Positions 20,500 through 29,869 of a stretch of 64,000 bases of DNA are shown here, one piece after another. Origin of the DNA: a virus; the IMG/VR virus record IMGVR_UViG_3300030090_007211, positions 32,001 through 96,000 of that record; one strand, written 5' to 3'. The notes under the pieces were generated by a model that did no database searches, was not told the DNA's origin, and was given only the letters and a program-made list of their open reading frames with translations. The position numbers and the translations under genes are program-made. Each line of letters starts with the position of its first letter. Position 1 is the stretch's first letter.

Positions 20500-22125
20500 T
20501 TACGCAGTTAAATAACCAATACCATCAGGATCAGCTTCAAATGCGTCATATGCTTCTCTATTTTTAGGTGATAGGTTATCTAAGTCAACACCAACTAATA
20601 CAAAACGAGCTAATGACTCTCTTACTAATATTTCTAATGGTTCAATATTAATTTTAGTAATAGGGTTTTTACTGAAATTCATTACAAAACATTGAGTTAA
20701 TTTTTCATAACCTTTTAAAGGAACCTCTTTTATTTGGTTATCTGTCATCGTAAGAATTTCTATATCATTTGGTAAGTAATCTGCTGGTGGTATTTTTTCT
20801 AACCCACATTGATTGGCTGAAATTCTTGTGGCATTTTTAAACTCTGATAAATCAGGTAATTCAGTCAATGGCATATTACTGAAATCTAAAACATCCATAT
20901 CTTTATTAAGATAATCAGTAACAACTACACCATCCGTATGTTCCATTAACCATTTAAGGTATCTATTATTTTGTAATGGTCCTTGATCTTCAGATGCTTG
21001 TCGTCTTATACTTTCTACACCTTCTTTATAAACTTCATCAGTTATAACGTCTTGGGCTTTCCCACCAAACATTGCAAGATATTTAATATACTTACTATCC
21101 ATTAATCCAGATCCCTGTCTAATGTCTTGAGTTGCTAACGCCCCTAATTCTTTTTTGAAGAAATCTTTTAATCCACCATATTTACCAACAATCGCTGGTA
21201 ACTTATCTCTTTCGATACTTCGGTTATTCTTATCATGCAACTGACCAGATTCAAAATGGAATTGTAATGGGAAGGTTCCTTCTCCATCATCACCATCAAA
21301 TAATTCTTTAGGCATTACTACATAATAATCTGAAAGAGTACCATCTGGTTTAGGATTGTTTTTTCTATAAGAATCAAAATAACTATTTCCTTCTCTACGT
21401 GTACACCAAGATGCTAAATTTCCTAATGGTTCACAACTAGATTCTATAGTTTGTGGAGTATAAACTAATACACCTCCATCTCTATACGCTAATTTAGCGT
21501 GTCCTAAATCGATATATTTTTTCATTTTATTCCATAAAGGATTACCACCTTCACCATCATCATCATCCGCCCCAATAAATGGACTCACTACTGAATATAA
21601 ATGAGCTAAATCACTATATTGATTAATATCACTTACATTCTGTGGTGCATTAGGTCTATTAGGTGCACCAGTTTTAAATACTTTTTTCTTTCTTACATTA
21701 TCAAATACCCCTAAGTATTCATTTGCTTCGGGCAAATCTTCTGTTAAAAATCTAACTGCCTGATCAATATCATTATCTTTAATGTGTCTACCAAACACTT
21801 GAATCATCCATTGAACGAATTCTTTTTTCTGTGTAGGATCCGCCTCTACAATATCGTTAAATATTTCTTCGGTAAGCTTAATAGATGTTTTTCCTTTTTT
21901 ATTAGTAACTACATAAGCAATATCCACACCATCATGTCCTTGAATAGCTTCAATATTAACTTTTTTTCTCATACCCCCTTCTGGGCGCTCTCCATCTTTC
22001 TCGTCTTGACCTTCAGTATTATCATCAAGTAATTTTTTATCTATAACATTTTGGGTTTTTAAATATGATACCCTATCCTCTTTAATTAATACTTTAAATT
22101 GACTTTCAGTTACTATATATTTCAT
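20500..22125 (-). CDS. Leader-A protein with WCT-motif domain and C-terminal leucine-rich repeats
   Basis: MKYIVTESQFKVLIKE; ASWCTR...QFHFES; LDFSNMPLTELP, LTMTDNQIKEVP, MNFSKNPITKI. Confidence 0.75.
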   Translation of the reverse strand: MKYIVTESQFKVLIKEDRVSYLKTQNVIDKKLLDDNTEGQDEKDGERPEGGMRKKVNIEAIQGHDGVDIAYVVTNKKGKTSIKLTEEIFNDIVEADPTQKKEFVQWMIQVFGRHIKDNDIDQAVRFLTEDLPEANEYLGVFDNVRKKKVFKTGAPNRPNAPQNVSDINQYSDLAHLYSVVSPFIGADDDDGEGGNPLWNKMKKYIDLGHAKLAYRDGGVLVYTPQTIESSCEPLGNLASWCTRREGNSYFDSYRKNNPKPDGTLSDYYVVMPKELFDGDDGEGTFPLQFHFESGQLHDKNNRSIERDKLPAIVGKYGGLKDFFKKELGALATQDIRQGSGLMDSKYIKYLAMFGGKAQDVITDEVYKEGVESIRRQASEDQGPLQNNRYLKWLMEHTDGVVVTDYLNKDMDVLDFSNMPLTELPDLSEFKNATRISANQCGLEKIPPADYLPNDIEILTMTDNQIKEVPLKGYEKLTQCFVMNFSKNPITKINIEPLEILVRESLARFVLVGVDLDNLSPKNREAYDAFEADPDGIGYLTA

Positions 22126-22151
22126 TTTTTATTTTTTTATATAAATATACG

Positions 22152-22430
22152 TTAAATCGAATTAATTAACAAATTTAAACGCACTGATTTGGAATTTATT
22201 TTTTCCATCACCGATAAAAACACTTTTCTATCATTTTCTTTGTCTGTAATACGGTACTTTATTTCATCAATTAATTTAAATTCACCTATGTTATTTAATT
22301 CATCTAAAATACTATCATAGGTTAACCATTGGCGTTTAGTATCTGCGCCTGCACCATTTATTTTTTCAAACACAAACATTTTATAATTATAATCTAATTC
22401 TCTCTCTATAGGTAATTTTTCCTTATTCAT
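22152..22430 (-). CDS. Hypothetical protein
   Basis: 92 aa, coupled to upstream gene. Confidence 0.6.
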   Translation of the reverse strand: MNKEKLPIERELDYNYKMFVFEKINGAGADTKRQWLTYDSILDELNNIGEFKLIDEIKYRITDKENDRKVFLSVMEKINSKSVRLNLLINSI

Positions 22431-23245
22431 GCCCCCCTTCCTTTAAATTCTTTTGCCCAATTAGTTTTAGTATCCCTACCAAATTCATGATCTAACCCTT
22501 CTGGTCCGTGAGAAATCCAATATTTACTTTTCTTTCCCCATGATGGATTAACTTTACTTGGGTTATAATAATGAGTTGCACCTTCAGTATTATCATTAAA
22601 GTTTGCACCTTTTAGTAGAAGTTTAGCATACTTAACTGCATTATCCCAAGAAGGTCTATTCATATATCGTTTATCCTTCATGATTTGGTTTATAGATTTT
22701 TCATCTATTTTAACTGGTTGATAAGGATTCCATCCTGAAAATTGTTTATTTTTTAAAACTATATCTAATATACTTCCTTGTCCTGCACTACTTCTATTTG
22801 CAATTACATTTGCAATTGCTTTTATTTCTTCTTCATCATTACTATATTTTTCCATTGCTAATGTCATAGCCACTATTTTAACCGGTAAAGATAAAATAGG
22901 GGGTGCTTTAAATCCTAACTTACGTAAAACTTGTGAACCAATTTCTATACTTTTTAAGTCTTTATATTGAGTATTAAAAAGTTTACCTATCATTAGTGAA
23001 GTTTTATCCCCAAAATCATTATCAGGTTTAAATTTTATTTCATCTGCATATTCAGGAAATTTATCATACAATTTTTGTTGGATTTGTATTAAGGGAGAAT
23101 CTTTTTTAGATTGCATAAATCCATGTTTGAAAGTGTCAAATCCATACCATAGGTCGTTAAAAGTAATATCATCTCTATTAATAACACCTAAGATATCTTC
23201 ATTTAGTAATTTATTAAATTGTTCTTCCGTTAATAAAATCTTCAT
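22427..23245 (-). CDS. Leader-A cell wall hydrolase (SleB/Hydrolase_2-like)
   Basis: MKILLTEEQFNKLLNE; LAME, AIANVIANR, QFSGWN, DNTEGATHYYNP...PSW, H.F. Confidence 0.85.
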   Translation of the reverse strand: MKILLTEEQFNKLLNEDILGVINRDDITFNDLWYGFDTFKHGFMQSKKDSPLIQIQQKLYDKFPEYADEIKFKPDNDFGDKTSLMIGKLFNTQYKDLKSIEIGSQVLRKLGFKAPPILSLPVKIVAMTLAMEKYSNDEEEIKAIANVIANRSSAGQGSILDIVLKNKQFSGWNPYQPVKIDEKSINQIMKDKRYMNRPSWDNAVKYAKLLLKGANFNDNTEGATHYYNPSKVNPSWGKKSKYWISHGPEGLDHEFGRDTKTNWAKEFKGRGA

Positions 23246-23306
23246 TTTATATAATATTTATAAATAAATATACCGTTTTAATATAACATTTTCAATAATA
23301 AGAGTA

Positions 23307-23711
23307 ATGAGGAAACCTTCTAAAAATAAAACTACCACCTATCACCAAAGAAAAAGAAATAGAGTTTTATATCAGATAAGAAAAATTTGTAAATCTAACC
23401 CTAAGATTAAACAAAAGATTAAGAAAATAAAAGATATAAATAAAAGACTCTATTATGCACAGGTATGGGAAGTTACTGAGAAACAACCATTATATATTTT
23501 AGAAAATTCTGGTAATAGAGGGTGGAAAAATTATCACTTAGATCATATATACCCTATTGCGTTAGGGTATTCACAAGGAATGTCACCCGAAAAAATAGGT
23601 AATATAAAAAATTTAAGGTTTATACCTTATCAAGAAAATTTAAATAAGGGGTCTAAATTAACTACCGAATCTAAAAATGCATTAAGAAGAATAAAAAGAT
23701 TAAAAAAGTAA
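23307..23711 (+). CDS. HNH endonuclease-like protein
   Basis: YHLDHIYPI...NIKNLRFIP..ENL.KG. Confidence 0.7.
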   Translation: MRKPSKNKTTTYHQRKRNRVLYQIRKICKSNPKIKQKIKKIKDINKRLYYAQVWEVTEKQPLYILENSGNRGWKNYHLDHIYPIALGYSQGMSPEKIGNIKNLRFIPYQENLNKGSKLTTESKNALRRIKRLKK

Positions 23712-23723
23712 TCTTTTTTCGGG

Positions 23724-23798
23724 TCGGGGTGGTAAGATTCGAACTTACGACCTCCACGTCCCAAACGTGGCGCGATAACCGGGCTACGCTACACCCCG
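23724..23798 (-). tRNA. trnP: tRNA-Pro (UGG)
   Basis: CGGGGTG acceptor stem, CCACG-TTTGGGA-CGTGG anticodon arm, GTAAG-TTCGAAT-CTTAC T-arm; followed by CCC, not CCA. Confidence 0.95.
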
Positions 23799-23802
23799 AA
23801 TT

Positions 23803-24006
23803 TTAAACTTTATAAGTATGAAAAAGACTCTGTGCTTCTGCAACTAGTGCGTCTTTTTCTCTTTCTAATGCAGCAATTCTATTTTTTTGATCTTCATTTA
23901 AAGTCATTCCTGCAGCTTCTGCCTTAATGTCTGACACTTTACCATCTAATTTATCATGCTTCAATAAAAGAGAATGATATATACCTGCTTTTTCTTCGTT
24001 AGTCAT
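23803..24006 (-). CDS. Small coiled-coil hypothetical protein
   Basis: 67 aa ORF. Confidence 0.6.
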   Translation of the reverse strand: MTNEEKAGIYHSLLLKHDKLDGKVSDIKAEAAGMTLNEDQKNRIAALEREKDALVAEAQSLFHTYKV

Positions 24007-24013
24007 AGTTTAT

Positions 24014-24211
24014 TTATTTACAATTCATTATAGTTATTACTTCGTAAAAACACCCACTATCTGTATTTTCGTTGAGTACTTTTACTAATTCATCCATTTT
24101 ACTTTTTTTATTACTTTCAAAAACCTCACTATTACCATTAGTCATTAAAACGTGAGTTTTTTTACCACTACTGGTAAAAATTTTCTTTATCATGTAACTT
24201 TCTTTTTCCAT
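24014..24211 (-). CDS. Hypothetical protein
   Basis: 65 aa ORF. Confidence 0.55.
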   Translation of the reverse strand: MEKESYMIKKIFTSSGKKTHVLMTNGNSEVFESNKKSKMDELVKVLNENTDSGCFYEVITIMNCK

Positions 24212-24255
24212 ATTAATAATATTAAGTAATATTTTTAATATTTTAAAGAGTATTT

Positions 24256-24804
24256 TTAATTATCTTGATTTAATCTTCTATGGTATCTTCCTGCAACATT
24301 ATAAAACATTTCACCTAATTTTGATATATGTTCACCTAATGTATTTAACTTTTCTGCCACATGTAAGGTAAGATCCTCTTTACTCATATCTATCCCTAAC
24401 CCGTATAATGTCGGTCGGGGCACACCTTTATGAATTGATACTGACGTATCACTCAATAATTTAAAATATTTTAATATTTTTTGTAGAGTATTACTATAAC
24501 CAATGATTAAATTTTTAAAATCATCATCAACATAGATTTCTTGACTTAACTCTTTTAATCTTTTAATGTCAGATTGGAATTTGTTACCAAAATTAAAAAT
24601 GGCAGCCATTACATTATCTTTACTTAATTCACCACTTTGTAATCCTTCAATGAATTCCCCTAAAAGATTTACTGTTTCCGAAGTTAAATGTCTTAACTCA
24701 CCTTGTAAATTACCTGCATGACTTTGCATGGTAAAGATGTCATCATAACCCCCTACTTCTTTTAATACTCTTTTTAATTGACTTTCTTTTAATTTTATTT
24801 TCAT
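24256..24804 (-). CDS. Leader-A helical protein
   Basis: MKIKLKESQLKRVLKE; late motif at 24818. Confidence 0.75.
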   Translation of the reverse strand: MKIKLKESQLKRVLKEVGGYDDIFTMQSHAGNLQGELRHLTSETVNLLGEFIEGLQSGELSKDNVMAAIFNFGNKFQSDIKRLKELSQEIYVDDDFKNLIIGYSNTLQKILKYFKLLSDTSVSIHKGVPRPTLYGLGIDMSKEDLTLHVAEKLNTLGEHISKLGEMFYNVAGRYHRRLNQDN

Positions 24805-24844
24805 TAGTTATATTTCTTAATAAATATACTAAATAACGATAAAA

Positions 24845-25027
24845 TTAAGATTCTTTATTGGTATCGTCTACCTCTTCTATATTCATACTACGATTTTTCA
24901 TTTCTTCCATATACGCAGCAAATCTTTTTTCCATATCTTTTCTCATAGCTTGTTGTTGTGCTTTTATTTTTTCTGTACGAGCTTTAGATTTTTTCTTTTG
25001 ATTTTTACGATGTCTACTTTTAGGCAT
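24845..25027 (-). CDS. Small basic protein
   Basis: MPKSRHRKNQKKK... Confidence 0.6.
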   Translation of the reverse strand: MPKSRHRKNQKKKSKARTEKIKAQQQAMRKDMEKRFAAYMEEMKNRSMNIEEVDDTNKES

Positions 25028-25099
25028 AATTTTAACTTTATTTTTTTGTTATATGTTAATAATATTAAATTATTACTGAATAGTCAAATATTTATTAAT

Positions 25100-25501
25100 A
25101 TGAAAATAAATGAAATATTATTAGAAACTTTAGGGATTCCTTTTCCTAACAGAAGAACAGTTACTATAATTAATGATTTAGGTGAAGAAATTCGAGTAGA
25201 ATGTGAAATACCTACTACTGATGAAGAGAAAAATCAAGGATTAATGTATAGGGACAATTTAGGTAAAAATAATGGGATGTTTTATGATTACACACATAAT
25301 GGATTTTGGATGAAAGATGTTCTTATACCATTAGAAATGATTTTTATTGATGGTGATGAGATTGTGGAGATTGTTGATGCTAAACCTAAAGATACTACTA
25401 TTATTAAACCTTCTTTACCTGCAGATGCCAATTTAGAAGTTAATAAAGATTTTTGTCAACAAAATAATATTAGTGTTGGTAATAAGATTTATAAGTCGTA
25501 A
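25100..25501 (+). CDS. DUF192-family protein (start corrected)
   Basis: GLMYR..L..N.GMF...FWMK...IPL..IFID...LEVN; TATTTATTA at 25089 just before ATG 25100. Confidence 0.85.
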   Translation: MKINEILLETLGIPFPNRRTVTIINDLGEEIRVECEIPTTDEEKNQGLMYRDNLGKNNGMFYDYTHNGFWMKDVLIPLEMIFIDGDEIVEIVDAKPKDTTIIKPSLPADANLEVNKDFCQQNNISVGNKIYKS

Positions 25502-26568
25502 ATTTCTGGTTTAATTTTCCCAAATTTCCTAACTATTTCCCCAGCTTTAGCGTTAGCTTCATTTTCTATTGGTGATCCATCTGCACCTTCTTCCGCATTC
25601 CCACTTAATTCCCCATTTTGGTTTTGTTTATGATGAACCAATTCGTGTGCAATAGATCTTATAATATCTGCTAAGGATCTATTTTTACCCAATACTTTTA
25701 CCTCATTATCTTTAATATTATAACTTGCCAATGTTTCTACTTCCTCACTATCGTCTGTAATTTCCACACCAAAGTTATTATCTAACTCTAATTCATTTTT
25801 AGTAAAATCTACAAAATCTGTAATGGTAGATTCTTCCAGAGGTAATAACTCATCTCTCTTTTCAAAACTAGTAGGTTCGATTTTTATAGAATATTGTTTT
25901 TCAATATTCCTTAATATTTTAACCAATAAAGGTCCTACCATTTGTTGGGCTTCCACCTTATCTAACCCATAGAAATGTTCTAATCTATGAAATAACATAT
26001 CTATCATTTTATCTTCACCCATATTCGTTAAATAATAATCCCCACCAAACAAGTTCGCCACTAAAGGGACTTGATAATAATATTCCGACCCAACTTCTAT
26101 ATGATAATCTGTAGGGACTTGAGCATACCCTTCTGAATCATCTATACTTACCATTAACCCTTGTTCTTCTAACTCTTTTATAACTTCATATGCAATTTCT
26201 TCCATTGCCCATGAGTGGGGCATTTGTTTATGTGGTACTACTTTAGTTAGTGGGTTAGTATAACCATCTTTTCTACTATACCCATTTTCATCAAAACCAA
26301 ATCTATCGGCAGTAAAGTCACTTTCGGAGGTATCTACTTCACTTACTCTCCATCCCCTTCTATCCATTTCTCTCCAATCATTCATAATATCTTCCACATA
26401 ATCTCTAATAGGGCCATCATCTAATACCTCATCCACTGCATCATAAACTACTTTAACTGGAGTTACCGTAATATCTTTCATTATATTATCATTAATATAA
26501 TCATAAAATTTTTGTTGTTTAGGATTACTAATTTCTTCTTTTAATATATTTTTAATTAACTTTCTCAT
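25489..26568 (-). CDS. Leader-B protein with YG-domain and C-terminal HEXXH zincin module
   Basis: MRKLIKNILKEE; EHFYGLDKVE; PLEES junction; IAHELVHHKQ...ENEAN. Confidence 0.7.
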   Translation of the reverse strand: MRKLIKNILKEEISNPKQQKFYDYINDNIMKDITVTPVKVVYDAVDEVLDDGPIRDYVEDIMNDWREMDRRGWRVSEVDTSESDFTADRFGFDENGYSRKDGYTNPLTKVVPHKQMPHSWAMEEIAYEVIKELEEQGLMVSIDDSEGYAQVPTDYHIEVGSEYYYQVPLVANLFGGDYYLTNMGEDKMIDMLFHRLEHFYGLDKVEAQQMVGPLLVKILRNIEKQYSIKIEPTSFEKRDELLPLEESTITDFVDFTKNELELDNNFGVEITDDSEEVETLASYNIKDNEVKVLGKNRSLADIIRSIAHELVHHKQNQNGELSGNAEEGADGSPIENEANAKAGEIVRKFGKIKPEIYDL

Positions 26569-26918
26569 CTTTTACCACCCTTATATTCTATAGCATGTCC
26601 TTCATTTATTAAAGTTTTTTGTAATGATATATCTCCTAGGGTTTCTACAAATAATTCCCCTAAACATCTACCATACTTCCCAACTCCATGGGATTTTAAT
26701 ATAAATACATTGTTATTTTCATTTAGTATCTCTATAACTCTATCTTTAGCAGCTAATCCACGTTTTTTTTCTTCTAAATCTCTAGTTCTACTTTCGGGAG
26801 CATCTATTCCTTGAAATCGTATTCTCACCTTTTTCCACGTATCAAATCCTAAGTCCACCAATGCATCCAACGTATCTCCATCTATAACACGATCCACTTT
26901 AGCGTTATACGTATACAT
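26565..26918 (-). CDS. Thermonuclease (SNase-like)
   Basis: RVIDGDT, RIRFQGIDAPE, KYGRCL, LINEGHA. Confidence 0.9.
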   Translation of the reverse strand: MYTYNAKVDRVIDGDTLDALVDLGFDTWKKVRIRFQGIDAPESRTRDLEEKKRGLAAKDRVIEILNENNNVFILKSHGVGKYGRCLGELFVETLGDISLQKTLINEGHAIEYKGGKR

Positions 26919-27399
26919 TTTTTTCGATTATTCTAATTTTATCGTGTGGTAATAAAACTTTTAAAGTTCTACCATTTTCCCATTTTACCTCTAAGTGTTC
27001 TTCAGGTTCTCCTGAAAAAACATGTGAGGATATGTTTTTAACAACACCTTTTGTTCCTTTAGGTATTGCGTTTACTTCATCCTCCATATTAATCATTTCA
27101 ATGGTATCACCAACCATTGGGTAATCGTCATCATACAAATACCTAGCAAATTTATCTAAAATAGTTAAATAAAAATCTTCATCCTCCAAATAATCTAAAC
27201 TATAAACACTCTCAATATGTGGTATTACTTCATTATTAAGTATACTCTTAATAGTCTTAAAAGAATACATATAGCCATCACCAAAAAATTCAATTAATCT
27301 TTCTTCATTGAATGTATTAACTAAATCATCAAAAATTACATCCTTTAATGATCTTTTTTGTGTTTCTTCTCTTAATATATTTTTAATGATATATTTCAT
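26905..27399 (-). CDS. Leader-B protein with C-terminal DUF4314-like domain
   Basis: MKYIIKNILREE; VGDTIE...M.D....P.GTKG.V.....V.WENG..L. Confidence 0.65.
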   Translation of the reverse strand: MKYIIKNILREETQKRSLKDVIFDDLVNTFNEERLIEFFGDGYMYSFKTIKSILNNEVIPHIESVYSLDYLEDEDFYLTILDKFARYLYDDDYPMVGDTIEMINMEDEVNAIPKGTKGVVKNISSHVFSGEPEEHLEVKWENGRTLKVLLPHDKIRIIEKNVYV

Positions 27400-27437
27400 A
27401 TACTATAAATATATCAAAACATTTAAAATAAGAAATA

Positions 27438-28136
27438 TTAGGGATTGATAATAAAATAAGTTGCTATTCCTGTTGCCATACCTAAAAAGGATCCTCCCGC
27501 CGCACTAAAACGTCTTTTAATATTACGTTTATATTTAAATCCTGCCTCATAATCTAAATTAGTGTAATAATCTGGATCCATATGTTTCCTACTTATTTTT
27601 TGAGGGAATAAATCAATAGTTATAGTAACGACAAACGGAACTAAAAATTGTTTGGTAGTAGGGGAGTTGCCTCTAAAAAATCTATTATTTTTATAGTCAT
27701 AAGTTTCCAATACCACAGTAGATAAACCAGTCAAATAACTACCAATAAATACAGGTGTCATATCACATCTTTCTTTTGCGTCTAAGATGCCGTTAATGTT
27801 ATCACCCATTTGAGTTTGAGTTAATACATTACCAATTTTTAAATCTTGTTTATAAATTATTCTTTCGGATTGATTCCATCTACTTAAGGAGTAGATGTCA
27901 TATTTTTTTTCAAAAGGTATTAATCTCTTCATCCCTAATTTATTTTTTCTCCCTAAAATAATTAAATCTCTATCTTCATATACATAGATTCCTTTAACGT
28001 ATTTTCCTTCGGTAGTTAAAATAACATCAGGTTCATGAGTTTGTGCAGACACATTATTAAAAATAATACTAAATAAAATAAAACAAATGGTTGTTATAAT
28101 GTGTGATACACCACAATATTTTATTATGCGTTTCAC
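27438..28136 (-). CDS. Secreted/membrane hypothetical protein
   Basis: Signal peptide ending VSAQ; C-terminal hydrophobic segment. Confidence 0.6.
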   Translation of the reverse strand: MKRIIKYCGVSHIITTICFILFSIIFNNVSAQTHEPDVILTTEGKYVKGIYVYEDRDLIILGRKNKLGMKRLIPFEKKYDIYSLSRWNQSERIIYKQDLKIGNVLTQTQMGDNINGILDAKERCDMTPVFIGSYLTGLSTVVLETYDYKNNRFFRGNSPTTKQFLVPFVVTITIDLFPQKISRKHMDPDYYTNLDYEAGFKYKRNIKRRFSAAGGSFLGMATGIATYFIINP

Positions 28137-28233
28137 ATCCCATAACTACTTTAGTATGGGGCATATTTAGGGTGGAAAATCACTATTTACAATACTATGA
28201 CTAATGTATTGATCTTGTGTGACAGTTATAACT

Positions 28234-28353
28234 TTATTTTTGTTTAACCTCTAAAACTACTTGTTTCTTAGGTTTTTGTGTAACTTTTAATTTCTTTGCT
28301 AACTTAACTAAATCTTGTTCAGTTAGTCTAATAGAACCTCTTCTAATTTTCAT
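28234..28353 (-). CDS. Leader-only basic microprotein (39 aa, not in track)
   Basis: MKIRRGSIRLTEQDLVKLAKKLKVTQKPKKQVVLEVKQK; late motif at 28392. Confidence 0.65.
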   Translation of the reverse strand: MKIRRGSIRLTEQDLVKLAKKLKVTQKPKKQVVLEVKQK

Positions 28354-28448
28354 TGTCACTAAATTTTCATTTAAATTTATCTTAAGTTATATATAAATAA
28401 ATATGTATAAAAAGATTAAACCTGTAAAAATATTAAAAATGGGTTAGT

Positions 28449-28973
28449 TTATCTTAGAATTATATCCCACAATTTATCTTTAGAGGTAGATAGTATATCT
28501 CCTTGACCATAAGGTCTTAGTTGACTCATTTGTTTTTTAGTTGACATTGAGTATCCATCCTCATTCTGAAACCATTGACCATCTTTAAATACAAATATAG
28601 GATACCAATCATAAGAAAATACTACATAAACACCATTTTTATATTCACCATGAGTATTACTACCTTTAAATGGTATTTTATTCAAAACTAAATCTCTACC
28701 TCTAATATTGGCGGTTTTCATTTTTCTCTTAGTGATATCTTTTCTTTCTAATGGTGTATTGGGTGTTCTCCAGTTATCTTTAAATAATTGATACACCTCA
28801 AATGCATCCATTCCCTCAATACCAAGTTGTTGGTTAAGATATTTTAAGATGTCTTGATAAGGAGAAGTACCCACAAATCCCTCACGAGTTAATATATCTA
28901 TAAGTTTTTTATGATATTGTTCCTGTTTATCTGAAACCTCTTCTTTTAATATTTTTCTGATAATATTCTTCAT
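28449..28973 (-). CDS. Leader-B protein
   Basis: MKNIIRKILKEE; late motif at 28981. Confidence 0.75.
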   Translation of the reverse strand: MKNIIRKILKEEVSDKQEQYHKKLIDILTREGFVGTSPYQDILKYLNQQLGIEGMDAFEVYQLFKDNWRTPNTPLERKDITKRKMKTANIRGRDLVLNKIPFKGSNTHGEYKNGVYVVFSYDWYPIFVFKDGQWFQNEDGYSMSTKKQMSQLRPYGQGDILSTSKDKLWDIILR

Positions 28974-28989
28974 ATTCTTATAATAAATA

Positions 28990-29021
28990 TTTGGAGTTTA
29001 GAATAAATTTTCGTATATTTG
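28990..29021 (+). promoter_or_regulatory. Bacteroidota sigma70-type promoter abutting the divergent late motif
   Basis: TTTG(28990)-N20-TATATTTG(29014). Confidence 0.85.
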
Positions 29022-29037
29022 TAATAAATCAAACAAT

Positions 29038-29634
29038 ATGGAAAAATCTAAAATTTATGAACACCCAAAAACAGGTGTTAAATACCTAAATACTTGTGAC
29101 GCAGTTAGAGGAAGTAGTAGTTCAATCGCACAATCAGAGAATAACGATTGTGTAGTTAGAGCTTTTGCTGCTGTAACTGAAGTAGATTATGAGGTAGCAC
29201 ATGATTATGTTAAAAGAGTATTTAAAAGACCACACCGAAAAGGTACACCCAGATTTGGTCCGATTATGTCACAACGTGAAGGATTATACACTTGTGGTAA
29301 GATGAAATATGAAAGGATGACTAATCATGATAAAACTACATATAAAAAACCTGTAAGATATTATTGTTGGGATGATTATAAATACAAATACCACCATGTA
29401 GAATATACTTTAGATAGTAAATACTGTCCCCTAATTACCACTTATGGTAAAACCAGAGCAAGTCAAATGACTGTGGGAACTTTTTTGAAAGAATATAATG
29501 TAGGTAGATATTTAATACATGTCCGTTCACATGCATTTGCAATAGTGGATGGTGTAGTGATGGGAAATCTTGCCGATGCTCGTCAGTTAAAATGTAGAAT
29601 AATAGATGCTTATAAATTTAGAAATGATGAGTGA
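29038..29634 (+). CDS. Putative papain-like fold protein
   Basis: NDCVVRA (Cys) ... HAFAIVDG (His). Confidence 0.5.
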   Translation: MEKSKIYEHPKTGVKYLNTCDAVRGSSSSIAQSENNDCVVRAFAAVTEVDYEVAHDYVKRVFKRPHRKGTPRFGPIMSQREGLYTCGKMKYERMTNHDKTTYKKPVRYYCWDDYKYKYHHVEYTLDSKYCPLITTYGKTRASQMTVGTFLKEYNVGRYLIHVRSHAFAIVDGVVMGNLADARQLKCRIIDAYKFRNDE

Positions 29635-29869
29635 TATATTAGTACCAATAATATTTTTAATGATTCTTACCTTCGTATTTTGGATGGGGTGGGCAATTGG
29701 AAAAAATCAGTATCATCATAATAAAATAAAAAAAGAAACTCCTAAATCTTTGGAGGAATTAGAAAATGAGTTGGAGGGTGCTTTAGAGATTGAAGATTAT
29801 GAGACTGCCATTAAGATAAATAAAATCATTCATAAAATTCATCTTAAAAATAAGAAAAAATCTACTTAG
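29627..29869 (+). CDS. Membrane protein with UvrB/UvrC (UVR) motif
   Basis: N-terminal TM helix; LE.ALEIEDYETAIKI. Confidence 0.7.
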   Translation: MSDILVPIIFLMILTFVFWMGWAIGKNQYHHNKIKKETPKSLEELENELEGALEIEDYETAIKINKIIHKIHLKNKKKST

